Source: Vitreimonas sp.
Lineage (GTDB): Bacteria; Patescibacteriota; Microgenomatia; UBA1400; PJMF01
Assembly (NCBI GenBank): GCA_035627515.1
Contig: DASPLQ010000012.1
Coordinates: forward strand, 71,269 to 135,268
Direction: 5' to 3'
DNA: 64,000 bases
Each line of letters begins with the position of its first letter. Positions within the stretch are counted from its first letter, which is position 1. Made by a program: the position numbers and the translations under genes. Below, one piece after another: positions 26,253-35,170 of this stretch. Below the pieces are notes generated by a model. The model saw only the letters and a program-made list of their open reading frames with translations, made no database searches and had not been told where the DNA came from.

Positions 26253-26831
26253 TTACCCTTCGAAGTCAGGATATGACTCCATGTCTTCATCGATCAGTTT
26301 GCGCAAGTAAACAGAACGAGGCACTTTTTGAGTTTTGGAGACCCAATCTAAATAATGGGAGTGATCAGGAGCAACAAAGAAATTGAAACGAGTATCTTGA
26401 GTGTTGTTGATAAACTCAATCACAAATGACATCTCATTTTTCAAGTCTTCTAGCGAACTGTAGCGGATGATCTCAATTTTATCGTTAATTTTCTCTAAGC
26501 TGCGGAAAATGAGGGGCTCTTTACTACCACTGTAGAAAATAATCACCGGCTTAGCCATTTGCATAGCGGTAGCCAATAAATAACCCACACTAGTACTACT
26601 GGAAGAGACTTCAGCAAAAATGGCGTCAGCTTTTTTAATGCCATCCATCACTTTTTTGTGATAGGCGAGAAGGTCCTTATCCTCCATAGTTTGGAGTTGT
26701 TCAGGTGAGTACTCAAAAATGTGATCATTAATTAAGGTGTGACCTTGTTGTTTGGCGGCGTCAGCTAAAGTCTTATAGTTCTCATCAAACTGGGCTCTGT
26801 CGTGAATCGAAGCTAAGAAAAAGATTTTCAT
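26253..26831 (-). CDS. Paralog of 24491-25063: NDT-like domain lacking the conserved Glu, plus C-terminal RHH
   Basis: MKIFFLASIHDR...ADAIFAEVSSSSTSVGYLLATAMQMAKPVIIFY. C-terminus TRFNFFVAPDHSHYLDWVSKTQKVPRSVYLRKLIDED is nearly identical to the paralog's RHH. Confidence 0.45.
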   Translation of the reverse strand: MKIFFLASIHDRAQFDENYKTLADAAKQQGHTLINDHIFEYSPEQLQTMEDKDLLAYHKKVMDGIKKADAIFAEVSSSSTSVGYLLATAMQMAKPVIIFYSGSKEPLIFRSLEKINDKIEIIRYSSLEDLKNEMSFVIEFINNTQDTRFNFFVAPDHSHYLDWVSKTQKVPRSVYLRKLIDEDMESYPDFEG

Positions 26832-27292
26832 ACACCAGATCTTTCGTTAATTACTATATGTTGATATCAATAATATGTATTGTTAATAATTTTTATTAAA
26901 TTTTTATTAAATTTCGTCGACTGTTGAGGACAATTGAGTTTTAATTACTCATAAAGGCATCTAAAAATTGGAGCCTATTATATCATGTAGATTCAGTAGT
27001 TATGTAAAGATTCTGCATGTATACTTTTATATTTGAGTAAGTATATGATGAATCATATGCGTATACAATGTGTAAAAGTAGATCGCACTCGGCTATCAGC
27101 GGAGTAAAACTCGAGGCCAACAGTACACAAGCAATACATATAGGATATAACTCTTGACGGATTTATAATGCAGATATCAGAATTTGCATTTTTAACTACA
27201 GATTCTGTAGAGAGAGGTCACAAGCCTCGATTTTTTAGTAAGTAAAAGAAAAAGCCTATAATAAAAATTATATTAAATAAAGATTAAAAAAT

Positions 27293-29533
27293 ATGAATGA
27301 AACATTTGCACTCCAATACGAAAGAGGGTCAGTTAATCCAGAAAAATTTCTTAAGGAAGCTGAAGTTCTTTTAAAACGGATTAAAGATATTATCTTTCAT
27401 AATAATGATTTATTACCACAAAACAGAGCGATTGAGTTTTCCCAACAAAATGTAGACGTACTATTTGACAGAGTCAGAACATTGGGTACTAGTTATGACC
27501 AGTGGGACGATGCAGTGCAAAGTTTGACTGTGGTTGCTTACGATAACTTAGATAAAGTAACCCCAAATGTGCGAAGTGCCGAAGCCACTCGAACCCGATT
27601 TGAAACTGTTACTAAACAGCTCAGTGATTGTTTAGCTCAATTAACAACTGCGCTGACAGAAGCTAATTATTTTGGATATCAAGTCATGGGTGCCTTACGT
27701 AATCCCACAAACTTCGATAGGTTACCTAAAGTTGCTTCAGTTATTAATCATGATGATATTACCGATGAAGAAAACCGCGCTGTCAAAGAATTTGCTACTA
27801 AACGCTTATTAATTCAATTAGGCAAAGCCACTGCGGGGGTGTTAACCATGGCTTCCATGGCTTTGGGGGCTGACCAAGCTTATGCACAAGTCAAAGAGGG
27901 AGATGTGGCAGCTGCTGTCGATGGAGCGGAGGAATATTACTCACACTTAGTCGAACAAGCCGAAGAATACCTTCGCACCGCTGCTGACTTATTAAAGGGT
28001 CGCAATGAATTAGAGCATATCTATAGACAATTAGAACGTTATGGCTTTGAGTTCCCTGGAGATGAAGAACAGGGCAATGGTTTACTCGATGGAGCAGAGA
28101 AGGAAGAAGAAGGTCCTGAAGTGGGAGGAGCTAAAGAGCTCATGTATAAACCAGAACGAGGAGCTCATATTGATGCGTTCCATGTCGTAGGCATTGGGCC
28201 AAATGCACGATTAGAGCTGTGGGATAGATTAAACAGTAATGATTTATTGGGCACAGTATCGGTAACTGATGCTGAAAATGATATTGTAAGCGCTCGAGAT
28301 CTTACAGTCAGTGCGGTTCGTGAACTGGATGGCACTGCAGTTGTTATGTTTGATCGTGAAGGCTATAAAGTTTTCTCTATCGATGGTCAACTTATATTAA
28401 TTGATGTCAATGATGCTGAAAATTTAACTACTGAAACAGTTTTTGCTGATAAAGAATTAAACACTGTGGTGGAAGATGACACTCCTGAAAGTCCCGCCCA
28501 ACAGCCGCCAGCAGTCGAAGCTTGGTTAACACAAGACATCCAATCTGCTCTCAATACCCTTAAACGTCAACTGAGAACGGAAAACATAACTGTTTACCAA
28601 CGACCTGAAGATCAACTTATTGTTGCATTTGTTAATGGCAGTCAGGTACCAGAGTGGGTATATGATCTTGCTTCTTTAAGCTTCGTGCCTAGAAACACTG
28701 GAGGTGGAGCTGAGTTCGTGCCAACTAGTATTCCAAGTGGAAATCCTGCGCAAGAAGCGGGTGTAATTAGTCCAAACAGCCCAGCAGAAAACTCACCTCA
28801 CTTAAGAGTTAATGATGTTTATTATAATCAACTAATTGATCAAGAAGTTAGAGTTCAAACAGCATATCCAGGATGCTTAGTTTTTGAAGTACCTACAAAT
28901 TTTGGCAAAGAACAAGGTGGACCTCAAGTAAATTCTATTGAATGGTTTGCAGATGAAGCCACAACTAGAGAAGCCTGTGATTTGTTTTGGACTGTTACTT
29001 TTAGGGATCTTATCCTGGGTAAAAAGAAAAACCTAGAAGGCCAATCCTATGCGCAATTATTAGGCGTAAGTGAGAACCCTACTTTTGAGGAGGTTTCAGC
29101 TGCATATCATGCTATGAGAGGTAATCTTCCCTTAGTTCCCTATATGAATACTTATTGGCTTGACCCTAATCAAGCTATTCGATTTATGCCTATTCCATTT
29201 TCTACTGCACAAAGAAAATTTGAAGATCGCACATCCGGTGGGTGGGTAGATAGCTTACAAATAGAACAAGGGGACCTTTACGGCGTTTCAGGAAAGCAAG
29301 TGATTTACCCTAATCAAGATGTAACAATGGGTGTATTTCTTAATCAAACAGATGGACTTAATTGGACTGATGGCTTTATTGTTCAGTTTTATGTCTTACA
29401 TGAAGCAATAGTGAAAGGTCGGAATCCTAACTATAGTGTCGATGCTTTCCCAGAGTCTTTGTATCCACTATACGACATCTTAGGAATTGACATTAACACC
29501 TGGACAGGGACAGGATCAATCACAATCAATTAA
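27293..29533 (+). CDS. Large hypothetical protein (746 aa) with no signal peptide, in an AT-rich island
   Basis: Intact ORF, AT-rich by eye compared with its flanks. No recognisable motifs. Preceded by a 460 bp AT-rich leader containing direct repeats. Confidence 0.5.
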   Translation: MNETFALQYERGSVNPEKFLKEAEVLLKRIKDIIFHNNDLLPQNRAIEFSQQNVDVLFDRVRTLGTSYDQWDDAVQSLTVVAYDNLDKVTPNVRSAEATRTRFETVTKQLSDCLAQLTTALTEANYFGYQVMGALRNPTNFDRLPKVASVINHDDITDEENRAVKEFATKRLLIQLGKATAGVLTMASMALGADQAYAQVKEGDVAAAVDGAEEYYSHLVEQAEEYLRTAADLLKGRNELEHIYRQLERYGFEFPGDEEQGNGLLDGAEKEEEGPEVGGAKELMYKPERGAHIDAFHVVGIGPNARLELWDRLNSNDLLGTVSVTDAENDIVSARDLTVSAVRELDGTAVVMFDREGYKVFSIDGQLILIDVNDAENLTTETVFADKELNTVVEDDTPESPAQQPPAVEAWLTQDIQSALNTLKRQLRTENITVYQRPEDQLIVAFVNGSQVPEWVYDLASLSFVPRNTGGGAEFVPTSIPSGNPAQEAGVISPNSPAENSPHLRVNDVYYNQLIDQEVRVQTAYPGCLVFEVPTNFGKEQGGPQVNSIEWFADEATTREACDLFWTVTFRDLILGKKKNLEGQSYAQLLGVSENPTFEEVSAAYHAMRGNLPLVPYMNTYWLDPNQAIRFMPIPFSTAQRKFEDRTSGGWVDSLQIEQGDLYGVSGKQVIYPNQDVTMGVFLNQTDGLNWTDGFIVQFYVLHEAIVKGRNPNYSVDAFPESLYPLYDILGIDINTWTGTGSITIN

Positions 29534-29599
29534 GCATAGTGACTTCAGTCTTTTTTCGTGATTTAATGAAGTAGTAACTTTAATTGTAAACTTCATATC

Positions 29600-31966
29600 A
29601 TGAAAAAAATCATAGCTACAATTTTTTGTTTTGTAGCTTTTGTATTAAGTTTATTTCTTGTAGCCACAAAAACTTTTGCTATGTGCACAGGCGACTTCTC
29701 TTGTCGTATTTGTACGTATAGTAATTGTCACCGTGCTAATGGGAGCAGTTGTACTAGAGGTTCTGTAGGATGTACTTGTGATGAAAATTGCAATACTCAT
29801 TATTTATCTTCATGCGCTGGAGGTGCTTGTGATAGACCTGGTGGATCAACTAATTGTTCAGGAGAACTCGTAAATACTTGTGGTGAATGCAATCAAAATG
29901 CTTGGAGTCTTTGGGGAAGTTGTGAGCAGGTAGGAAATACATGTGTTAGCAGACGATGGAATAACTGTGGCCACTCTGAATCTCAATCATGTAACCCATC
30001 TGCTTGTGGCATGATTGATCCATGTACAGACACCCGTGATGTAGATGGTGGTTGTAATGGTTGTATGCGAGGTTGTTCACGATTGTCCAATATCGACAAT
30101 AGTTATTGTGGAAGTTGTGAACGAGCCGATACGAGTTGTGATGGCTGGAGTGAGTGGGGTTATAACGGTAATGTGGGAGCCTGTTCGGCATCGTGCGGTG
30201 GGGGTATTCAGACGCGTAATTGTTGGGGAGCTGTAGACTCACGATCTTGTAACACCCATTCTTGTTGTACCACTATTTGTAATGCTCCTTTATGTGGCCA
30301 AGCTAACACTGGTACCTGTGGCGGCTTTTGCCCATCGACCAGTATCGGTCAAGGTTGTTCTCCACAATGTGGTCAACCAGATGTATGTAATGTTGCTTGT
30401 GGCAATAGCGATAACGGAAATCCATCGGCACCAACACTGACTCCCGCCAATGGTGGGACTACGCCGGTAAGTGGTGCGACAGCCAGTATTAGTTGGACCG
30501 CAGTTGGCTTAGCCGACCAATATGAACTTGAGTTGTATCCTGAAAATGGGAGTTGTAGTAGTACGGGTGCGGTATGTACGACAGTGGTGGGCACCAGTTA
30601 TAACTTCACACCTACCGCTGGCGTTAGTCGCTACACTTGGAGAGTCCGTGGTGTAAACACCACCTGTGGTGCTTTCGGTGGTAATGATGCGGGTACTTGG
30701 GCTACTGCTTCTACTTTCACCGTCACTTCTACGATTACCGGCACTTTTTACAGTGACAATAATGATAATGCACAGTTAAGCGGTAGTTTCTGTACGTTAG
30801 GGAGTCTGACCGCGATCAGTCCCGGGACTGGTGCCAGTATTGCCGCTGTTGGCCAAGACGGTGGTACTTATAATGGCAGCATTGTTGGCAGTAACTTTAC
30901 CATTACAGTCCCGTGGTGGAATACCTCAGGCGCTAATAATATTGTGACTTTGACACCAGGGACTAATGCCGGTGTGGCGTATGCCTGTAGCTGTCCCAAT
31001 GGCTGTCAATATAGTGGCGTCGCCGCCCCCCAAGCTGGCGTACCTTACTTTATCTTGCCAGAAAACTTATTGGCTCGCGGCTGGTGGCAAGTAGTAGGCG
31101 GCAGTACCTATGCCGCTGATAGCACTGGCACTGCCCTCTCCTCACAAATTCCTTATGACACTACCTGTAATAGTGGCGCCAACTGTACTCGGGCTCTGAT
31201 TACTAATGATAGCGATGGCACTGCCAACAGTGCCGGAGTCGCCTTGACTGGTGGCGGCACCATCGACACGTCACGTGATACTGGTAATCAATTGACCTAC
31301 ATCTCAGTCCGTGATCCACAGCTGAGTGTCTTGGGAACAGTGACGACGCGCTTCCAAGAAGGTTATGATTACTTCTATCGTCAGCTTAGTTTAGGTTTGA
31401 ATCCTAGTGACGACTTTGCCGCTAGTTATACTGATGCCCACAAACCAAGTTCAGCTCCCAATGACGGCAAAAATGCCTACTTCCGCAATGGTGATTTAAC
31501 TGTTAAATCTCAATGGACTGTCACCGCTGGTGAACAATACGTCATCTTTGTGAACGGCAACTTAACCCTGGGCGATGGCAACAACAATATCGAGCGCCTC
31601 ATTAATATTGAGGAAGGTGGGTTTGTCGCCTTTATCGTCTCCGGAAATATTACCGTAGAACCAGGAGTAGGGAACACCAGCCTGACTGATACGGCTGCGA
31701 ATATTGAAGGTATCTACATGGCAGACGGCACCTTTACAGTCCGCTCACGCGGTGAGTCAGCAGGTGGCGATAATCGTTTTGTCGGCGCAGGATCATTCGT
31801 CGGGTGGAGTGGGGTATCACTAGAAAGAGACTTCTCTGATGGCAGTACCCGCAAACAAGAAAACAATACCAAAGCTGTCGAAATGTTCGTTTACCGCCCA
31901 GATTTGGTTCGCTACGTTCCTGAAGAACTAGCTCGGCCACGGTATGTGTGGCAAGAGACTAATTAA
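29600..31966 (+). CDS. Secreted, extremely Cys-rich protein with a thrombospondin type 1 repeat, an FN3-like segment and a Gly/Thr/Ser-rich beta region
   Basis: Signal peptide MKKIIATIFCFVAFVLSLFLVATKTFA. About 60 Cys in residues 28-270. Canonical TSP1 motif WSEWGYNGNVGACSASCGGGIQTRNC and a degenerate second repeat WSLWGSCEQ.... FN3-like segment PSAPTLTP...ASISWTAV...YTWRVRGV. Confidence 0.6.
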   Translation: MKKIIATIFCFVAFVLSLFLVATKTFAMCTGDFSCRICTYSNCHRANGSSCTRGSVGCTCDENCNTHYLSSCAGGACDRPGGSTNCSGELVNTCGECNQNAWSLWGSCEQVGNTCVSRRWNNCGHSESQSCNPSACGMIDPCTDTRDVDGGCNGCMRGCSRLSNIDNSYCGSCERADTSCDGWSEWGYNGNVGACSASCGGGIQTRNCWGAVDSRSCNTHSCCTTICNAPLCGQANTGTCGGFCPSTSIGQGCSPQCGQPDVCNVACGNSDNGNPSAPTLTPANGGTTPVSGATASISWTAVGLADQYELELYPENGSCSSTGAVCTTVVGTSYNFTPTAGVSRYTWRVRGVNTTCGAFGGNDAGTWATASTFTVTSTITGTFYSDNNDNAQLSGSFCTLGSLTAISPGTGASIAAVGQDGGTYNGSIVGSNFTITVPWWNTSGANNIVTLTPGTNAGVAYACSCPNGCQYSGVAAPQAGVPYFILPENLLARGWWQVVGGSTYAADSTGTALSSQIPYDTTCNSGANCTRALITNDSDGTANSAGVALTGGGTIDTSRDTGNQLTYISVRDPQLSVLGTVTTRFQEGYDYFYRQLSLGLNPSDDFAASYTDAHKPSSAPNDGKNAYFRNGDLTVKSQWTVTAGEQYVIFVNGNLTLGDGNNNIERLINIEEGGFVAFIVSGNITVEPGVGNTSLTDTAANIEGIYMADGTFTVRSRGESAGGDNRFVGAGSFVGWSGVSLERDFSDGSTRKQENNTKAVEMFVYRPDLVRYVPEELARPRYVWQETN

Positions 31967-32009
31967 AAGTGATTTTCCTCTGAAGGTAATTTTTCTTTGC
32001 TCAGTAAGG

Positions 32010-32045
32010 TGTGTGTCATTTTTGTGCACTATTTATGCCAGTGTA
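32010..32045. repeat. Motif B partial copy (right half: GTGCACTATTTATGCCA)
   Basis: Identical to the right half of the 43471-43542 copy. Confidence 0.4.
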
Positions 32046-32091
32046 AAAATGAGGTTCTGGTTAGGGTGCGTCAGTGAAAAGGTCTTTTGCT

Positions 32092-32150
32092 GAGCTCATG
32101 TTTTTTTGTTTGTATGAATATTGGCAAAAATCATACAACTGACACAAAAC
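32092..32150. repeat. Orphan copy of the parD promoter/operator block, containing palindromic element copy 4 at 32110-32138
   Basis: TTGTATGA-ATATTGGCAAAAA-TCATACAA. It includes the parD ATG and two codons, but the frame stops after 12 codons. Confidence 0.55.
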
Positions 32151-32205
32151 TTCCTTTTAAGAGAAAGAGGTTAGAGGCTAACTACCTTCACCTGTTTTTT
32201 CTACA

Positions 32206-32234
32206 TTGTGCGGATATTAACAAAAACCGCACAA
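32206..32234. repeat. Palindromic element family, copy 5: TTGTGCGG-ATATTAACAAAAA-CCGCACAA
   Basis: Perfect 8 bp arms around the conserved 13 nt core. Confidence 0.6.
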
Positions 32235-32473
32235 GCTATAAGAAGTTCATTTTCTGACGTATAAACTCGAAGACAGTTTAACTACTTATAGGAAAAAATG
32301 CCCATATTCTTAAAGGCTTTCACTCCACACACTTTCAAACCACCTTCACTCTTGCCCTCCAAAAACCCTGGTGTCACTTTGTGTCTACTTTAAGCACCTT
32401 TTAGGCACACTTATTGCCACACAAAAAAACTCCTTACGTAACCTTCCAAATTCCTCTACAATCACTTTATAAG

Positions 32474-33031
32474 ATGCCACATCCTGCTACTGCCCAGACC
32501 ACCTTTGAAAAAAACCTTAAAAAATTTACCCCGAGTGGTTTTACCTTGATCGAGCTCTTAATTGTCGTGACGCTGTCGATTATGTTGATGTTGACGGCCT
32601 CGACAGTGTTCCTGACCTTTTTAGCCGGGAACTCACGCAGTACTAATAACCAGCTAGTGAAAAATGAAGGCAAGTACGCCTTGCAACAAATTGAGTTTTT
32701 GCTCCGCAACACCACCGAGTTACTGCCCAATACCCAAAGCCAAACTTGCCAAGCTGGCATGAGTGAAATTAAGTTCAAGTCATTTGATAATGGCATCACT
32801 ACCTTGATGGCCGAAAACAATAAAATTGCCTCAAACTCAGGAGTGTATCTGACCTCACAATCAGTAAATTTAGTCAGTGGTCCAGTTTTTGATTGCGCAC
32901 AAAGCGACGACAAAGTTTCACAGTTTATTACAGTTACCTTCACTTTACGCAAAACCGGCAATGATGAAGCCGACCAACGGGAAATTAGCGAAGAAACGTT
33001 TAGTAGCTCGATTAATGTGCGGACGTATTAG
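32474..33031 (+). CDS. Type IV pilin-like protein (prepilin class III signal)
   Basis: KKFTPSG|FTLIELLIVVTLSIM: prepilin peptidase site G|F with Glu at +5. Start taken at the internal ATG 32474. Confidence 0.6.
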   Translation: MPHPATAQTTFEKNLKKFTPSGFTLIELLIVVTLSIMLMLTASTVFLTFLAGNSRSTNNQLVKNEGKYALQQIEFLLRNTTELLPNTQSQTCQAGMSEIKFKSFDNGITTLMAENNKIASNSGVYLTSQSVNLVSGPVFDCAQSDDKVSQFITVTFTLRKTGNDEADQREISEETFSSSINVRTY

Positions 33032-33043
33032 AAGAAAAAGCGC

Positions 33044-33532
33044 TTACTGCCACTGTTGAAACTCTTGAGCAATCTCTACAGTCCGGGGCCGGTTGCCATC
33101 AAACCACTGCACCTCGATCTCCACACGCACCCGGTCTACCACCGTGCCATTATTAAAAGGTGTCACGATCGCTTCGCGCGTCATTTGCGTCCCCGCCACC
33201 GGAATGCCATCTGCACAAGCTCCGGGCTCTAAATTGACAAACTCATCAGTGCTACTGGGCAAAGTATTTAAACAGTAGGTGTTACTGCCCACCACATTAC
33301 GAAAGGTGTCCCATCCCATCAGTGCTCGCTCACGACGAAAAATTTCTACGGCTTCTTGGGCGTAACTGGTTGCCAAGGCTTTATACTTAGATTCAGCACT
33401 GTTTTTGACCGAGTACGTCAACCCAGCCGCTATGGCAGTCATCACTAAGGCAATCACACCGGCGGCAATCAGGACTTCAATAATAGTTTGACCAGCCGTA
33501 GATTTTAAAGAATGGTTTATAGACATCGGCAC
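33044..33532 (-). CDS. Type IV minor pilin-like protein
   Basis: STAG|QTIIEVLIAAGVIALV: class III signal with Glu at +5. Confidence 0.55.
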   Translation of the reverse strand: MPMSINHSLKSTAGQTIIEVLIAAGVIALVMTAIAAGLTYSVKNSAESKYKALATSYAQEAVEIFRRERALMGWDTFRNVVGSNTYCLNTLPSSTDEFVNLEPGACADGIPVAGTQMTREAIVTPFNNGTVVDRVRVEIEVQWFDGNRPRTVEIAQEFQQWQ

Positions 33533-34317
33533 CTTGTCCAGCTAGCTGCACCCCCAAAGCAGGTGGTAGCTTGATTAGTCATTACTGTTGAGCAATTCCC
33601 TGAACCCACCGCACACGTCCCAATAAAGCGATTGAGCCTGCCATTGGTCGCTGCCGCATCAGTCCCGATACTACTACAACTTGTATAACCCAACTGCTGG
33701 CAATAGGCAGTGCAACTCAGGTTGCTGCCGGCATTATTGACCACGGCAGGTCCTTGAGGAGCTACTGAGGGTGCGGGGCTCGGTGAAAATTGCGGGCTCA
33801 GGGAAGGAGAAGGACTCGACTCTGATGAAGGTTGAGTTTGACTGTCACCCAACACACTGCCTTCGGTGATCTCACCTCCTGAGGTAACGGCAAAACTGTA
33901 ATAATCTTCAGAAGACGTAGAATGTACCTCGATGGTGGTGTTACTCGTGCCACCATGTAAAACTCTAAATGATAAGTCTAGGGGAGTACCTAAGCTCAAG
34001 CGCGGATTGAGTTGATACGTATCACGGATGTGTTCACCGTTATTGCAGATCGCCACCACATGCACTTCCACTGGGGCAGCTTGGTTAGCTTTGACGGCGT
34101 AGGAATTTAAGCGGTCACACGCCGCAGGCTTGTCACCATATTGGGCTTTTTGCTGAGCAGATCTGATGTAACTCTGCAGTTCTTTGGAGCCACCAATTAA
34201 AACTTGCTTGTCATTGAAGGTGGTAAAGGCAGCAATGCCGCCGCCGACCATTAGCAACATCACCGTCACCACCACTAACATCTCAATCAGCGTGAAGCCA
34301 CCCAACTGTTTTTTCAT
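33517..34317 (-). CDS. Type IV pilin-like protein with Ser/Pro-rich linker and Cys-rich C-terminal domain
   Basis: MKKQLGG|FTLIEMLVVVTVM. Linker SSESSPSPSLSPQFSPSPAPSVAPQ. Eleven Cys in the last 70 aa. Confidence 0.6.
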   Translation of the reverse strand: MKKQLGGFTLIEMLVVVTVMLLMVGGGIAAFTTFNDKQVLIGGSKELQSYIRSAQQKAQYGDKPAACDRLNSYAVKANQAAPVEVHVVAICNNGEHIRDTYQLNPRLSLGTPLDLSFRVLHGGTSNTTIEVHSTSSEDYYSFAVTSGGEITEGSVLGDSQTQPSSESSPSPSLSPQFSPSPAPSVAPQGPAVVNNAGSNLSCTAYCQQLGYTSCSSIGTDAAATNGRLNRFIGTCAVGSGNCSTVMTNQATTCFGGAASWTRCRCL

Positions 34318-34321
34318 GGTT

Positions 34322-34738
34322 TTAAGGATTGGTGACACAGTGACTCGAGCTATCAACTTCTAATGTGGCACACAACGAAAACGTATTGTCACTAGAATCA
34401 TAGCTATAGGTATAGGCCGGATAGGGGCTGGGTTTGGGGTCACTGACAGTGTTGGCACTGACATAATCTTGAATCGGAGACATACTGCCCCAGTTGAGTG
34501 AACTAGGATATTCTCCATCAGCCGAGTCAATTTTGTAAAGCACCAGAGCTTGGCGGACAATTTCCAGATCGGCTTTGCGCTTACCATCCCGGCTAGTGAC
34601 ACCGACACGTTGGTAACTGACCAACCCAATTGTAGCTAATACAATCATGATAGTGGCTACCACCAATAACTCAATCATCGAAAAACCCTCATTGGAGCGA
34701 GAGGCAGGGGAGAGAAGTGAACGCTGTTTCATAGTCAT
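34322..34738 (-). CDS. Type IV pilin-like protein
   Basis: SRSNEG|FSMIELLVVATIMIVL. Start taken at an internal ATG to avoid overlap with the upstream gene. Confidence 0.55.
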   Translation of the reverse strand: MTMKQRSLLSPASRSNEGFSMIELLVVATIMIVLATIGLVSYQRVGVTSRDGKRKADLEIVRQALVLYKIDSADGEYPSSLNWGSMSPIQDYVSANTVSDPKPSPYPAYTYSYDSSDNTFSLCATLEVDSSSHCVTNP

Positions 34739-34742
34739 TTTC

Positions 34743-35150
34743 TTACTGTAAATTGCTCGCACAGTAAGCTGAGCCAGTGCCATAAGCACAACTAGTATTG
34801 GTAGAATTTCCAGCTGTCGTATCTTCTAAAGTCGCACAAACACAGTAGGTAGTAGCAGTTGCCGTACAAGTATAGGCAGTTTGAGTTTGGGGATCGACGG
34901 GCATACCCCCAGGGAGATAGGTGCTGGAGGCCATGGTGTTACAGGCCGCGTAGGTCGAGCCATTATTGGCATAATACTGCTCAAAAGCGTTTTGAATTGT
35001 TTTCATATCACCACGCCGGCGGGCGTCGCGGCTTTTTTTCTGAGCCGTGGAAAAAGCAGCGGCTCCCATGGCAATTAAAATACCAATAATTGAGATGACT
35101 ACTAATAACTCCAACAAGGTAAAACCACGCTGAAAAAAGGACTTCTTCAT
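34743..35150 (-). CDS. Type IV pilin (PilA-like, small and Cys-rich)
   Basis: MKKSFFQRG|FTLLELLVVISIIGILIA, followed by ...GDMKTIQNAFEQYY, a typical pilin alpha1-C segment. Six Cys in the C-terminal half. Confidence 0.65.
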   Translation of the reverse strand: MKKSFFQRGFTLLELLVVISIIGILIAMGAAAFSTAQKKSRDARRRGDMKTIQNAFEQYYANNGSTYAACNTMASSTYLPGGMPVDPQTQTAYTCTATATTYCVCATLEDTTAGNSTNTSCAYGTGSAYCASNLQ

Positions 35151-35170
35151 ACTGTTCATTATACGCACCT

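Noticed and set aside
32092-32130. Second parD gene at the orphan promoter copy
   Set aside because: The ATG and first two codons are conserved, but the frame terminates after 12 codons. It is a promoter/operator relic only.
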